Assembly: GCF_963676685.1 (NCBI RefSeq)
Contig: NC_092355.1
Span: 23,312,001-23,376,000, forward strand
Origin: Mytilus edulis
Taxonomy: Eukaryota
Length of the DNA: 64,000 bases
Direction: 5' to 3'
The notes beneath the pieces were generated by a model. The model had not been told where the DNA came from. It saw only the letters and a program-made list of their open reading frames with translations, and did no database searches. Both the position numbers and the translations under genes were made by a program. Positions 1 through 11,855 of this stretch are shown piece after piece. Each line of letters begins with the position of its first letter. The stretch's first letter is position 1.

Positions 1-19
1 ATCGTAGGAAATCTAATGG

Positions 20-81
20 TGTTTTCTGCTCGTTGGCCAGGTTGTCTGTTTGACACATATCCCATTTCCATTCTCAATTTT
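20..81 (+). mobile_element. 3' fragment of short interspersed family B (ends CCCCATTTCCATTCTCAATTTTA)
   Basis: Homologous to 9640-9930, 17995-18106 and 27670-27861. Confidence 0.7.
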
Positions 82-1329
82 AAGGTTTTTAAGACATTTA
101 CCCATATCATTGGAAATCCAATGGACAAGGTATACTTATAAGTAATGTTGTTGTACACATAGGCAGATATAACTGGGCAATGCTAGGAAGTGTTTCCATG
201 GAATTTAAAAAGTGGGTCTAGCTGGAATTTGGGAGAAAATAAAGAATCAGATCTACTCTAATACTGAACATGCTGAAAGCTTTACGTTCTTTGCACTATT
301 TATGATCATATACATACATGACATATTTATATGCTGTTTTCAGACTTCAAAAATTTTCACTGAAATTTTCTTCTTAGAAATTATAAGAACTCATTGGTAT
401 TATGCTTAAAACAAAGAAGTTTTTAGTTGAATGAGAACCAGTGAGGCACTGTGACAGATTTTAGGTTACACTTGCTGGACTGAGGCAGACATTTTGCCTT
501 TCAATATTGTAATCACCCACAACAAGCTGTTTCATGGATTCATAAAAGAAGCAAAGAACATTTCAATCCCAATTCCAGGTGTCAGAAAACATGTTTTTAT
601 TTTACTCAAGGATGCAACATATTTATTAAAATTACCCCCCCTTTTTTTCCCCCCTAAAAAATCCAAAAAACATAAGAAACGAAGCAAAACAAAAACAAGT
701 CTGCCTCATGTACAAAATATGCCAATTCTGCAAATTGAACTTTCATCTTTTGTGAATAAGTAATGTAACCTGACTACCAGTAGTTACAGGTGTTTTAACA
801 GAATAAACATGTTTTTAATGGTTTGGCGTGTTGTTCAGGGTTGCTCTCTTTAATAGACATAAACCCCACATCTTATTTTATTTATAATCATCCTCCATCT
901 AAAGTCTTTTTTCTCTGCAAGAAACTAAATAATAAAGAGCCTGACATTTTTACCCAACAGTTATTAAGCCACCTACAAAAAAAAATCAAGATTATTTATG
1001 ACTATTTTATTTATAATGAAATATTGTGTGATCTTAGTGACACATCTTTTGAAAAACAATATAATGGCGCCTAAAAAAGGAAAGAGAATATTAATGGTAC
1101 TAGATGTGTTTTTTTTATATGAAAAAAAGATGTAAGTAGAATTGCTGATGAGACAAATTCTCAACAAATATGTTAGTCTTTTTTTCCTTGTCTGTGACAC
1201 AATGATGATATAAAGAAGGATTGGAAAAACAATTGAAATCTGAGATCAATGAAAGTATTTCTTTATATTGTCAAAGACTTAAAAAAGAATCCAGTTTACC
1301 AGTTTAGTTCAATTTTTTTTTATAAGTCT

Positions 1330-1654
1330 AGCTGTAGATGAAGAATTATTTCGAGTGTGGGAAGTTTTGAGACTAGGTAACCCAGGCAGCCATTGAAGAG
1401 GGTAATGAACTCTGGTTAGTATAAATATGTGGAATCAACTATTTACATAACTATGAATTGTTTGAAATGCTAAAAATTTACTGACCCCAGGAGTTAAGAT
1501 TATTTGGCAAAACCTTTCAGAATTTTTGGTCTTGATGCTCTTCAACCCTTTTAACTTTTTTGTTTCAAGCGCCATGATGATGAGCCATTTGTAGACGAAA
1601 AGCTCGTCTGGTGTACAACATTTTTAGGACTGAAATCTTTGATGAGGTATTTCT
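1330..1654 (+). mobile_element. Degenerate retrozyme-like repeat monomer carrying a decayed type I hammerhead ribozyme motif
   Basis: 1569-1614 reads GCGCCA-TGATGATGAG-CCATTTGTAGAC-GAAA-AGCTCG-TC-TGGTGT. GCGCCA/TGGTGT can pair as stem I, and the TGATGA, GAAA and GUC elements are in hammerhead order. 1505-1650 is homologous to 6853-7005. The 5' boundary is approximate. Confidence 0.7.
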
Positions 1655-2973
1655 ATGTATTTTGGATTTCATTATTATTCATTCAGAAGGATTTTTTGTG
1701 TGGATTTTGTGGGTTACATAAATGAATCAGAAAAGTGTTGAGCATAATATATATATAATATATATATATGTTTTTACCAAGATATGTCGTAACCAGAAAA
1801 ACTATCAATAAATCAATCTTCGAAAATTTGTGTCCATGAAAATAAAGAAATCCACATTTGTTATAAGGGCACCAATTCCTCTCATTTGGCTTAAGTTTAG
1901 GGTAACATTGTTGGTCAATAATGATTCAATTATTACCTTCCATAAGATATAATATTGTTCAGGTAATAACAGAACTATTAACCAGCCCTTAATGTTCAAC
2001 CACAAAACAATAAAATATGTAATAGAGATTCGTTTATGACTTGTACTTTCTCCTTTGAAGTGTTGTGTGTATTTCCCTCTACTACACTCTCGTTAAGTGT
2101 GACTGCCTGAGACCTTGAAGGGGAGTGTTTACAAAACGAGGAAAATAAATACTTCAGTAACTCATTACCAGCTGTTCAGCGAAAAAACTAAAACATATGG
2201 GATTTAATACCTGGGATGGAAATTTAGATACATAAGATATTTGATTTTCTTCACAGTGAATTTATGGATTTAGGATATTGACTATTATCTGTAGGTATTC
2301 ATGATTTCTATTTTTAGCACCAGTTGGGGGAAATAATGTATGTTTCACATTTAATGCATGTTAAACTGAAAAGCACACCTAACTGACACCTGTCAAGTTA
2401 TCTCAGTTGTAAATTTCAATGCATGTTGCTATCATTTTGAAATGAAGTTTGGTCTGATATAGTGTAATTATACAACTAAAATGTTAATGGATTTTTATAC
2501 TATTATAGTATATTAAAAAAGAAAATTGTATTGCAAATTTATGACTGGTTATATTTGTGAAATTAATGATTTTTAGAACAGTTGTTTTTCTAACAAAAGA
2601 AAAAAAAATATAATAAAAATCTTTGTGAATCATACATAGTGAAGCAGTTGTGACGATTTTGTATTGTGATTTCAAAGTGCGAATAAAAACTTTTATGTGA
2701 CATCTGTTGTCGAAGAAGATAATCTAGATTTTAATGTAAATGTAGAGAAATGAATTTCACACGTTTGTCCTTGAATTAGACGAATGAAACGGAAGGATAT
2801 ATTTACTGCATAACATAATTTTTTTTAAGTGGATTAAAGTGACCTAAGTTAAATATTTGGTCATCACTTTTTCAAGTGGTGATATCCTGTATTGAAAGTT
2901 GATACAGTATAACTAACAGTCACTGTGGTCAAAGGTTTGTATAAAATAATTGGATACTTACTGAAATTTAGAT

Positions 2974-3031
2974 TTTACTGTTACAAATTTTGGTTTTACT
3001 GTTACAAATTTTGGTTTTACTGTCACAAATT
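2974..3031. repeat. 21-bp tandem repeat, about 3 copies (TTTTACTGTTACAAATTTTGG)
   Basis: Directly visible. Confidence 0.9.
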
Positions 3032-3061
3032 TGATTGTGGAATCTAAAAATGTTACATCAT

Positions 3062-3245
3062 GTATAAAATAAGGAGATCCCAAATATCAGACAGACATTA
3101 AAGGAAGCTGTTATCAGCAACTATTGTTTACCATAGGTCCTTCAACACTGAGCAAAACCCATACTATATAATCAGGTATTAAGGACTACAGCAAGAACAT
3201 TAGAAAAGGCGAAACAGTTTTAACCAGAAAACCAACTGCCTGATT
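3062..3245 (-). mobile_element. Short interspersed family A copy, degenerate and inverted
   Basis: CCTTCAACACTGAGCAAAACCCATAC is the reverse complement of the family A motif GTATGGG.TTTGCTCA.TGTTGAAGG. Confidence 0.6.
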
Positions 3246-3261
3246 TTTTGCTTTCTGGTAT

Positions 3262-3549
3262 AGGGTATGGATTTACTCACTGTTGAAAACTACAGGGGCG
3301 GATCCAGCCATTTTAAAAAGGGGGGGTTCCTAACCTAGGACAAAGGGGGGGTTCCAATTACATGTCCCCATTCAAATGCATTGATCGTCCAAAAAAAAGA
3401 GAGGGTTCCAATCCCCGGAACCCCCCCTCTGGATCCGCGCCTGAACTGTACTATTGTGACTGACCACTAGTTGTTTAACTTCTATGTCATTTTGCCTCTG
3501 GTGGAGAGTTGTCTCATTGACAACCATACCACATCTTCTTATTTTATAT
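3262..3549 (+). mobile_element. Short interspersed family A copy, interrupted by a MITE
   Basis: GGTATGG..CTCACTGTTGAA [MITE] CTGTAC...GGAGAGTTGTCTCATTGACAACCATACCACATCTTCTTATTTTATAT is colinear with 10304-10428. Confidence 0.8.
3293..3443 (+). mobile_element. MITE with TIR CAGGGGCGGATCC / GGATCCGCGCCTG and 5-bp TSD (hAT5-like)
   Basis: The TIRs are visible and the flanks are AACTA/AACTG. Internal ATTCAAATGCATTGATCGTCCAAAA is shared with the copies at 39.8, 48.7, 52.0 and 54.9 kb. Confidence 0.85.
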
Positions 3550-5009
3550 AGCCCTTGATTTTAGGCTAGACTTTTAGGAGCATAATGCATTGTCTTTTCA
3601 ATTAAAGGTAAAAGATTATTTTTACATATATCATGTTTCAGGCAATTTAAATTTTAAATAATAAGAGATATTTATGGTAAATATTTTTTTAGCAAACACA
3701 ATATTTATATTTTTAAGTTATATTTTATATAAAAACTTCCTTGTTATTCTGTATGCATGTATGGAGGTTTTTCTCTGGAAATTTATTACAGAATTTCAGA
3801 TCATTAAACACCACGGGGTTTATATATAGTTTTATGAATTTAGTTTCTTTATTAGAATTAGGATTTCTGCAAATGATGCAAATTGAATTCTGTATTGTGA
3901 TTGGATTAAAAGTCTGAACTAGATTCCTGGACTAATTTGATTTGATTCTTACTTCTTTGAGACCAAAGGGAAATACATTTATCTGACTTCTATGTTTCTG
4001 ACCATTAGTGATTTACCAAAGACCCCCAAAAATGACTTATAATACAACAGTCTGCAATAATTGGTAGTGAAATTGAATGTTTCCTTCGTTGCAGCATGAT
4101 GCACAAGTAAACAAATTTGACAGTTGATAAATTGGTAATGCTAAAACTTCAGTAACACAGAAATGAAATTAACTCTCTCTCATAACTAGTAGTAGCATAT
4201 GTTGCAAACAACATGACATTGCATTGTATTTTAGACATTACTTTAAATTACAGCGATGACTTGTAATCAATGAAAGATTCATATATATAATAATGAATTG
4301 TTCATAATTTGTTGCTTTTAAAAACACATTAACAACAGAATTTTATGTTTCAAAAACACATTGTCAACCACACAAAATTTTAATAAAACAAATTAGACAA
4401 CAAAATTTTTTATGGCCAAAAGACATTGACATCAGAAAGTCATGTTGCCCACACACATTTACAACCAAATAAAATTTTGTGTTAATAAAACACTTTTAAC
4501 AAAAGAGAAACAGACAGTCATGTTGCTAAAGACCATTGTAAACAGCTGGAATCGGTTGATGCTAAAATTTTCATTTCTTAACCATATTGACAAACATTAC
4601 TTTGTGTTAATGAAACAATCTGATTATATGGCACAAAATGATACTTTTTTTCTATCAAAACAGGGGAGGGGTGTATGAGTGACCACCTGAAACTTTAGAT
4701 TGGAAGCTGGGGAACCTTTTGAGTATAGAAATAATCTTTAATTTCTATAGATCAAGGGTCAGTAAGACTAACAAAAGTTTGATTCACCTTTTAGGCTTTA
4801 CTGGCTCTTTACTGGCTTTAGTGGGAGATGATATTAAAGTCACAGTATAAAGATTGATCAGTTTATATTCCAGCATTGTCACATTAATTACGCTCACTTG
4901 CAAATGATTTTTTTAACCACTACTCTTATAGTCGTAAATGATGTAGTTATGGAATTATTATGCTTATTTATGATAAATAAAACATTTATGCCTGCCCAAC
5001 TGCTATATA

Positions 5010-5256
5010 TGTGGAAGCAGTTTGTTTATGTACTAGAGTCTTTTCTTGGTTGCAAGTCGTGCAAATTGAAGTAATTTGTATGTGGACACAGTCACACGTT
5101 TCTTGGTTGGGCATCTTTCAAATCAAAGTAATTTGTATGTGGACTCGATTCTTGGTTGCGCATCTTTCCAATCTAGGCAATATGTATGTGGACTCTTTTT
5201 GTGGCTGCATAGCAAATCCAAGTAATTTTGTATGGGAACACAGTTTTCTTGGTTGC
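5010..5256. repeat. Degenerate ~50-bp tandem repeat, about 5 copies
   Basis: Recurrent GTAATTTGTATGTGGAC...TTTCTTGGTTG. Confidence 0.75.
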
Positions 5257-5500
5257 TATTGTGCAGTCTATGGATTACTGGCAATAGCTTTTAACTGACA
5301 ATTAACTTTGAAAATAGTCTCAAAAGTGTGACAATGTATGGATTATATTTTGAAAGGTATTGTAATATTTTTTTTAACACATATTACAATGTTAAAGATG
5401 ATAATTAGCTCCATAAAAGGAGAAATTGAACAATCTTACATGATGAAAACCTGTTCACAAACACAATTAAAAAGCTGTTGTGGGTTTATTTATGAGAATA

Positions 5501-5709
5501 CTGTTAAATTCAGAAATTATTGCGATGTTTTTATTTTTGCAAAAAAATGCTACAGGGTTATAATTGCAATAATTTAAACTTGAAATTTGATTTTTTTTAT
5601 AATGAATTAAGCAGGATTTTTCTCAATATCGTAAAAAATTAAAAACGCATTTTGGTCTAAAATGACAAAATCGCAATTATTAATAATCGCAATAATTACT
5701 GAATTTACA
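5501..5709 (+). mobile_element. TA-flanked MITE (Tc1/mariner-type), family CTGTAAATTCAGAAATTATTG
   Basis: TIRs are CTGTTAAATTCAGAAATTATTGCG / CGCAATAATTACTGAATTTACA. Homologous copies lie at 12492 and 23656. Confidence 0.8.
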
Positions 5710-6769
5710 TTTAAGTTATTGAAATCTTTTTTGAAAATCTAAACTAGTTTCCTTGCAATGTGAATGTCATGACACTTTAATAGCTGTGAAAATTACAGCT
5801 TATTTTTCTCATGTAAATATCTGTAAATATTATCTAATGTATATCAGCTAACCTTTAAAGGCCAAAGTTTAAATTACTTTTGGTTTAGGGTTTTAACTAC
5901 ATTATAAACTCTTTTATTGCATCAAAATGCCTACCCTTTAGGTTATTTTTGATGAATTTGCACATCTTGAAGTGAATGGGGACGAAAGTTAAGTCCATAT
6001 ACCTGACTTAGAAAAAAAGTTTTTGTTCCTGGCCAATTTTGTTCCTGGAGAAAAGCCCTTAGACTGTAAATTGTTTGGCCTACCGTTATGTGAATTGGAG
6101 CCACGTTTCATCATAAATTCATGCAAAATTAGGGATCATTCATCATTAGCATGTAAGATATATCTCCTTGCACAGTTTTGTGCACAACATATTTTTTTTC
6201 TAAGCAATAAAAGATTGTCTCTCACTTCAATGCATGTACAACAGAATAATTTAGCTAATTGTTGAGCAATGCTACATTTAAGATCAAAGAAGGGGGAAGG
6301 ATAGGGTTAGGGTTTTTTTACTCGATTTTCAGTCGGAATATATGCCAAATAACCAATTCCATTCAAAATAATGCATTAGTGTCGGCATACCATAATAAAT
6401 TCCCAAATTTCTGACAATTGCACTGGCCATTCCAAAGTTCCCTGAACATCAGAAAACAAGAGCATCTGTCCTGGCTCTCAAAAATCACCCATAAAGTCGC
6501 TGGTTTTCTTATCATGATACATACTACATAAGCTTTTACACAATTAACCCTGATAACACCATACTAGAGCCAAAAACCAAGATGTCATATATATGACATT
6601 GCCAAGATACATAAGTGATAACGTTAATCGCCCTTTCTGTTATAATTAGTGTCGCTTTTATTTTTATCATTGTTGTTCCCTCAGTGGCAAACAGTTTGAT
6701 GATTATTCTTAAACAAAAATCATTATCCCTTTCTTGACAATATTTGGATTGACGGAACATACTAATTAT

Positions 6770-6834
6770 TGACTTTTGGTCTCTTGTGGAGAGTTGTCTC
6801 ATTGGCAATCATCACATCTTTTTTTTTTTTTTTT
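6770..6834 (+). mobile_element. Family A 3' fragment
   Basis: GTGGAGAGTTGTCTCATTGGCAATCATCACATCTT followed by a T run. Confidence 0.75.
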
Positions 6835-6852
6835 GTCATTTATGTAAAAGGC

Positions 6853-7006
6853 GAAACCTTACGAAAGTTTTGGCCCTCATTGTTCTTTTACTCATTCTTT
6901 AGCCCTTTTAGTATCCTTGATTTGAGGGTCACTGATGAGTTATAAAGACAAAATACATGTCTAGGATACATAATCTTAAGCCTCCCTGGTTTCTATGATG
7001 AGTTTA
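6853..7006 (+). mobile_element. Second, more decayed copy of the hammerhead-containing repeat
   Basis: GGGTCA-CTGATGAG-TTATAAAGAC-AAAA-TACATG-TC-TAGGAT, with CTGATGA at 6932-6938. The flanks (AAACCTT..TTTTGG; T(A/T)TGATGAG) match the 1.6-kb copy. Confidence 0.65.
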
Positions 7007-8368
7007 ATGTTATACAAGTGGTAGAGTTCAAGGGGTAATGAACAAGTGAGCTGTGCCCAAAATGCACCTTATCCGTATTTGTCTGCCATAAATACAGGAC
7101 ATCACAAAAGTTCCTGTAAAATTTGAGTTCATAATAGAAAATATCTGACCCCACAATTCAAAAGTGATTGTTGTATGACTTTATAAGTTCAAGTGTAACT
7201 GATTCTTAGGGTCAAGCGGGACAGATTCTGAGGTCAAGCCAGACAAATTTCCACTTTTTTAACAGATTTTAACTTTCCTAACTTATTCTACAATTTTTAG
7301 CCGTTCTAGAAAATTGAAAGCAGACATTTAATACAATTTTATATCTTTTGATGTCTAGCCTCTTCTAAGATAAATATAGCGAGCAACTGTAACAGTTGGT
7401 TACAAAAAATTGATTATAGAGAAAAAATTACTTTACATGCAGATGTACATATATTTTTAAAATCTTATTAGCGACCAACTATAAACGAACGACTACTTTA
7501 TGCATGATTTGTCTTTTGCAAAACCATATTTGAATCTTGTACATAAAAGACATATTGAAAACTGTTTATAATTTATGCATTAATCTTGCAGATAGAAATA
7601 TCTTGCTGTGCATACATGATATAGAAAGAGTAATTCTTAATCAAATTGAATTTCTAATATTTTAGTCATGTATTTGAGTTTTGTTAATTAGTATTCTTAA
7701 AACAAAAACACTGCCTGATATATTTAAAATAAAATGTCACTTGCTGAACAATCTTCAACTCTGCGTGTTTAAAATTAATAGGATAAAATATAACTTTATG
7801 AACTTGCAACACAAAATTGTATGCATGCATAAAATCACTGATATGATAGCAGGTTGTTGTTGTATTGAAATTATATCGGCAGAAAATGGCTTGCAAGTTA
7901 TAATTAATAATATAACACAGTGTCCGTGACTCAACTCCTCTGTTAAACTTTGACTGGACATCATGTTGTTGGGTTGCAATTTGAATGATTATTTATATAT
8001 TTGATTTTTTGAAAGTTATACACTTTTCATTTTATTGACTTTTATGATGCAAATTTAGTTAAAACAACACATTTGTGAGTTATGGCCAATATGCACTGAA
8101 TTTTGACACCAGAATTTTTTTTCAAAAAGTCTTTAGTTCATATATAAGTATCACAGCCCACATCTTTATTTATTCATAAATAGGGAAGTATAATCGGTTC
8201 ATGAGACATTTTGAAAGCCTTTCTTCAGGTGTTTCATTATATCAAGAGAAAATCTGTTGGGCTTGATTAATTGTTTGATATTTTTTAAAAGATATATAAC
8301 GAGGTAGAAGATAAAAGGGGGAGGGGGGAAATAACAAACAAGAAATCACAGAAAAACAAACAGCACTA

Positions 8369-8568
8369 CTATGGATTCATTTATTTTTCGTGGGTCCCAA
8401 TTTTCATGGATTAAGGAAACCTTGCACATTCGTGGACATTTAGTTTCATGGTTTTGCCAAATACTGCATAGTGCATTCAATCGAAATTGAACATTTAATA
8501 TTGTGCATGGTTCTTGTGGTTCGACAAAATCCACGGAAATTTGTATCCAACAAATAATGAATCCACTG
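8369..8568 (-). mobile_element. TA-flanked MITE, family CTGTGGATTCATT
   Basis: TIRs are CTATGGATTCATT / AATGAATCCACTG, with TA on both sides. It is a reverse-oriented homolog of 17649-17858. Confidence 0.85.
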
Positions 8569-9639
8569 TATAATAAAAAAGAAAAAGGTTGATTATGACT
8601 ACGCAGAAAACAAGAGATTTAGTAACACAATCCCAACACTAAAGTAGGGGGGAATAATCCAGATTTTAAGTGTCTCAGCAATTAACTGGTACAGAAACAT
8701 GATAAAGTTATGTAATAAACTGAATTAATTCTGGATATGCACATTTTTTATTTCTCATTATATAGCTATTTTCACAGCTACATTGTGCACACTCAGGAAC
8801 TATAAACATATTTATTGTAAGTGTGACATCTGGTAAGAAATGGTGACATATAAAAGTTGAAGTCTTAATTTTGAGTTTAAGAAGCAAAAAAACCGTGAGT
8901 GTTTCCATGAACCTTAATTTTTATGACTAAATTCATTTTCTTTTCTTTTTTATCAAGCCCATAGTCACTTGACCATTGGTACAATTAAAAGAGAAAAAAA
9001 AGGTTTTTTTTGCTATTGATCTATTTTGTGTATAAGTTAACTGAAACACAGGTATTACTTTTGTTGGTCTTAATTTATTCTATGATAAAGATGTTTTTAT
9101 TTTGTATTATATTATCAAGAGTTATATCAGTAATATGTAAATGTATTATAATATAAACAACATATACTATGGTATGTACAACAAATATAAAAACTGACGG
9201 TTCACTGAACTTAAAAAATCGGTATACGTTAAACTACCATAAAATAACATGACAAGTTTTGGAAGTCCTTGAAACTAGAAGTTAGTAATTTTTGATACCC
9301 GCAGGGATATTTTTACTAGAAAAGCATGCATGTTAATTTTTACCTCAGTAAGAAAAAGAGATGTACACCTAGGCCTTGAAACTACAACGTTTTCATAATT
9401 AGTTTTCCTATTACTTATGTTAACATGTAATGTATAAATCGTATTGACGTCAACATGTCATTGTCATGCTGTGGTGATTATGTGACTTTTGGACTTTTTG
9501 TAAATTTTTTATGAAGATGGTTTATGATGGATCATAAGGTCTTATTTAATTTGTTAAGTTTTGTGTTAAGAGAAAAACGCTAATTGTAAGGGTTAGTAGA
9601 ACAACTTAAAAGAATTGTGAACACAAACTAAATATTTTA

Positions 9640-9930
9640 AGTATGACGACCATTATCACTGAACTAGTGCACATTTTGTTTAGGGGCCTTTGGGTGTGGG
9701 ATTTTCTCGCTGTATTGAATAGATATAGGAAGATGTGGTTTGAGTGTCAATTAACTCCATCCAAGTAACAATTTATAAAAGTAAACCATTATAGGTCAAG
9801 GTACGGCCTTCAACATGAAGCCTTGGCTCACAACGAACAGCAAGACCCATAATGGACTCAGCTGAGTGTTTTCTGCTCTTTGATCAGGTTGTTGTCTCTT
9901 TGACATTTTCCCCATATCCATTCAATATTA
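9640..9930 (+). mobile_element. Family B copy with a nested family A insertion
   Basis: AGTATGAC..TCACTGAACTAGT.CACATTTT..AGGGGCC matches 27670. The copy is split at TATTGA|AAGACCC by the insertion at 9719-9841. Confidence 0.8.
9719..9841 (-). mobile_element. Family A copy (subtype ending CTTCCTATATCTAT), inverted and nested
   Basis: The reverse complement matches 62776-62886 (GTTGAAGGCCGTAC.TTGACCTATAATGGTTTACTTTT). Confidence 0.85.
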
Positions 9931-10303
9931 TATTGTAAACAAATTATATTTTGAAGACAAATACATCATATTTTTTTCTTAATAAAAGACATTTTTTGAA
10001 AAATTAATAACCTCTGCCCCAGTAATTATAACCGCATCCATTTTCCCAAACCACAATCGCTACATTTACCCTATTTGTGGTTATTTATTTCGTAGTTAAT
10101 ACACAATTTCTTTTGTTTTAGAGATTATTATTGTCCTAATCAAATATTTATATGGCTTCTCTTTGATCAGTTATTCATCTCTTTTTGTCATACTTTGTGA
10201 AATATTGAGGAAATCAGCTGGTATCAATTAATGATGTCTCCTGTCTTTACCTCTGTGGATTCCTGCAGGAGGCATCCAGTGGGAAACTTTACTTGATAAT
10301 TGA

Positions 10304-10428
10304 TGCGGTATGGGCTTTGCTCATTGTTGAAGGCTGTACAGTGAACTATAGTTGTTAATTTCTGTGTCATTTTGGGCTCTTGTGGAGAGTTGTCTCATTG
10401 GCAATCATACAACATCTTCTTTATTATA
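10304..10428 (+). mobile_element. 5'-truncated family A retroposon with a perfect 16-bp TSD
   Basis: TTTACTTGATAATTGA occurs at 10288-10303 and again at 10429-10444. Confidence 0.9.
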
Positions 10429-10813
10429 TTTACTTGATAATTGAAATCGTGGATCATCTGTCTGTACCTCTGTGGGTTACTACATGAGGTATCTAGTGGG
10501 GAACTGTACTAGATAATTGAAATTTTTGCTCATCACTTGTAAGAATTTGGTTTTTATCACAAAAATATCATGACTAAAATAGGTTGAAAGTTAAATTGAA
10601 ATAGTCAAGACTTAAACAAGTTATTTTTTGTAGGATTTTTTAAGTCACTGAATGGTTTCTAAAAGCATTTAGAATTTCCCTGTTTCCCTCTTTATAGTTG
10701 AGAAAGAGTTATCTCCCTGATAGATAGAATGTTAATTTTATGTTTATTTTCTTCAAGTGTTTGTCAAGCAGCAATCCCCTGTGATTAAAGAATCATGAGA
10801 AATGTACAACTCC

Positions 10814-10940
10814 AAAGGGAGATAATTCTTTCATTTTCAAGAAAGGGAGATAATTCTTAAAAGGGAAATAATTCTAACAATTACAAGAAAGGGAGATAAT
10901 TCTTACAATTTCAAGAAAGGGAGAAAATTCTTACAATTAC
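10814..10940. repeat. Short tandem repeat AAAGGGAGATAATTCTT..., about 5 copies
   Basis: Directly visible; the period is irregular, about 15-30 bp. Confidence 0.8.
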
Positions 10941-11673
10941 TAGAAATGTAGCAGAACATAAAACTTTGAAGGAGGTTTATTATAGAATATTTTAGATGTT
11001 TCAAAGACAGTTTAAGGGATAATTGTGATGATGGGAATTGAGTTCCGCAGCAGACCCATAGCCAGGAGGTCTCAGAAGGTTTGACTTGGAGCCATGACAT
11101 TTTGACTTTTAGAGTCAAACATTCAATCAGAATCTTGAATTTGATAGTCTGTAACAGTATTGATTAGGTTTTCGAATGGAGTGAAACTTTTGACCCCCTC
11201 ATTGATTATGAGTGTGGAAACCTCGTCATTAAAACAGCTCAAACATTTATGATTTTGGACGATTTCAAGCTTCAATTTAAATAAAAATTAAACAACCTTT
11301 AGACTATGTGTAATATAACATTGAACAACAAATATTTATCTATATAATTTTCAAGGACACATTTGTATTGTACATTATGGAGTTATTTTATCATTGACTC
11401 TTGTCTATGATTAGTCAAGCAGAAGATACTATACATGTATAGTATTTCATTGTGATTGTATTCTCTTAAAGTCATGTGACTTAAGTGACAAGTAAAATTG
11501 TATGATATGTTGTAATTTATGACTCCACCTTTCAATGTAAATATGAAAGTCTCTGTGTACCAAAACATATGCAAATATTTCCATATTGAATTTTTTTAAG
11601 GAATTCCATTATCCAGTTGTATTTAGTTTGCTAGGTAATTCTTTAAAAATTGACATTTTATTTACCAGCAATA

Positions 11674-11855
11674 GAGAGGTTGGGATAGGACCTTTACCTG
11701 GACTCCGGGATCAAGTGTTTTTAGGCTCCGGAATTCTTTTTTCGAATTTCAGGATGTCAGGATTTTAATAAATTTAAATGCAGGACCTAGGGATTTCGTG
11801 TTTTTAAGCCCGGGATTTTAGGGTTAGGACACCTCCTACTCCCCCCCCCCCCCTC
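11674..11855. mobile_element. MITE with GAG...CTC termini and 4-bp TSD (Sola2-like)
   Basis: AATA|GAGAGG...CCCCTC|AATA, with internal repeats of a (C)GGGATTT-like motif. Confidence 0.6.
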
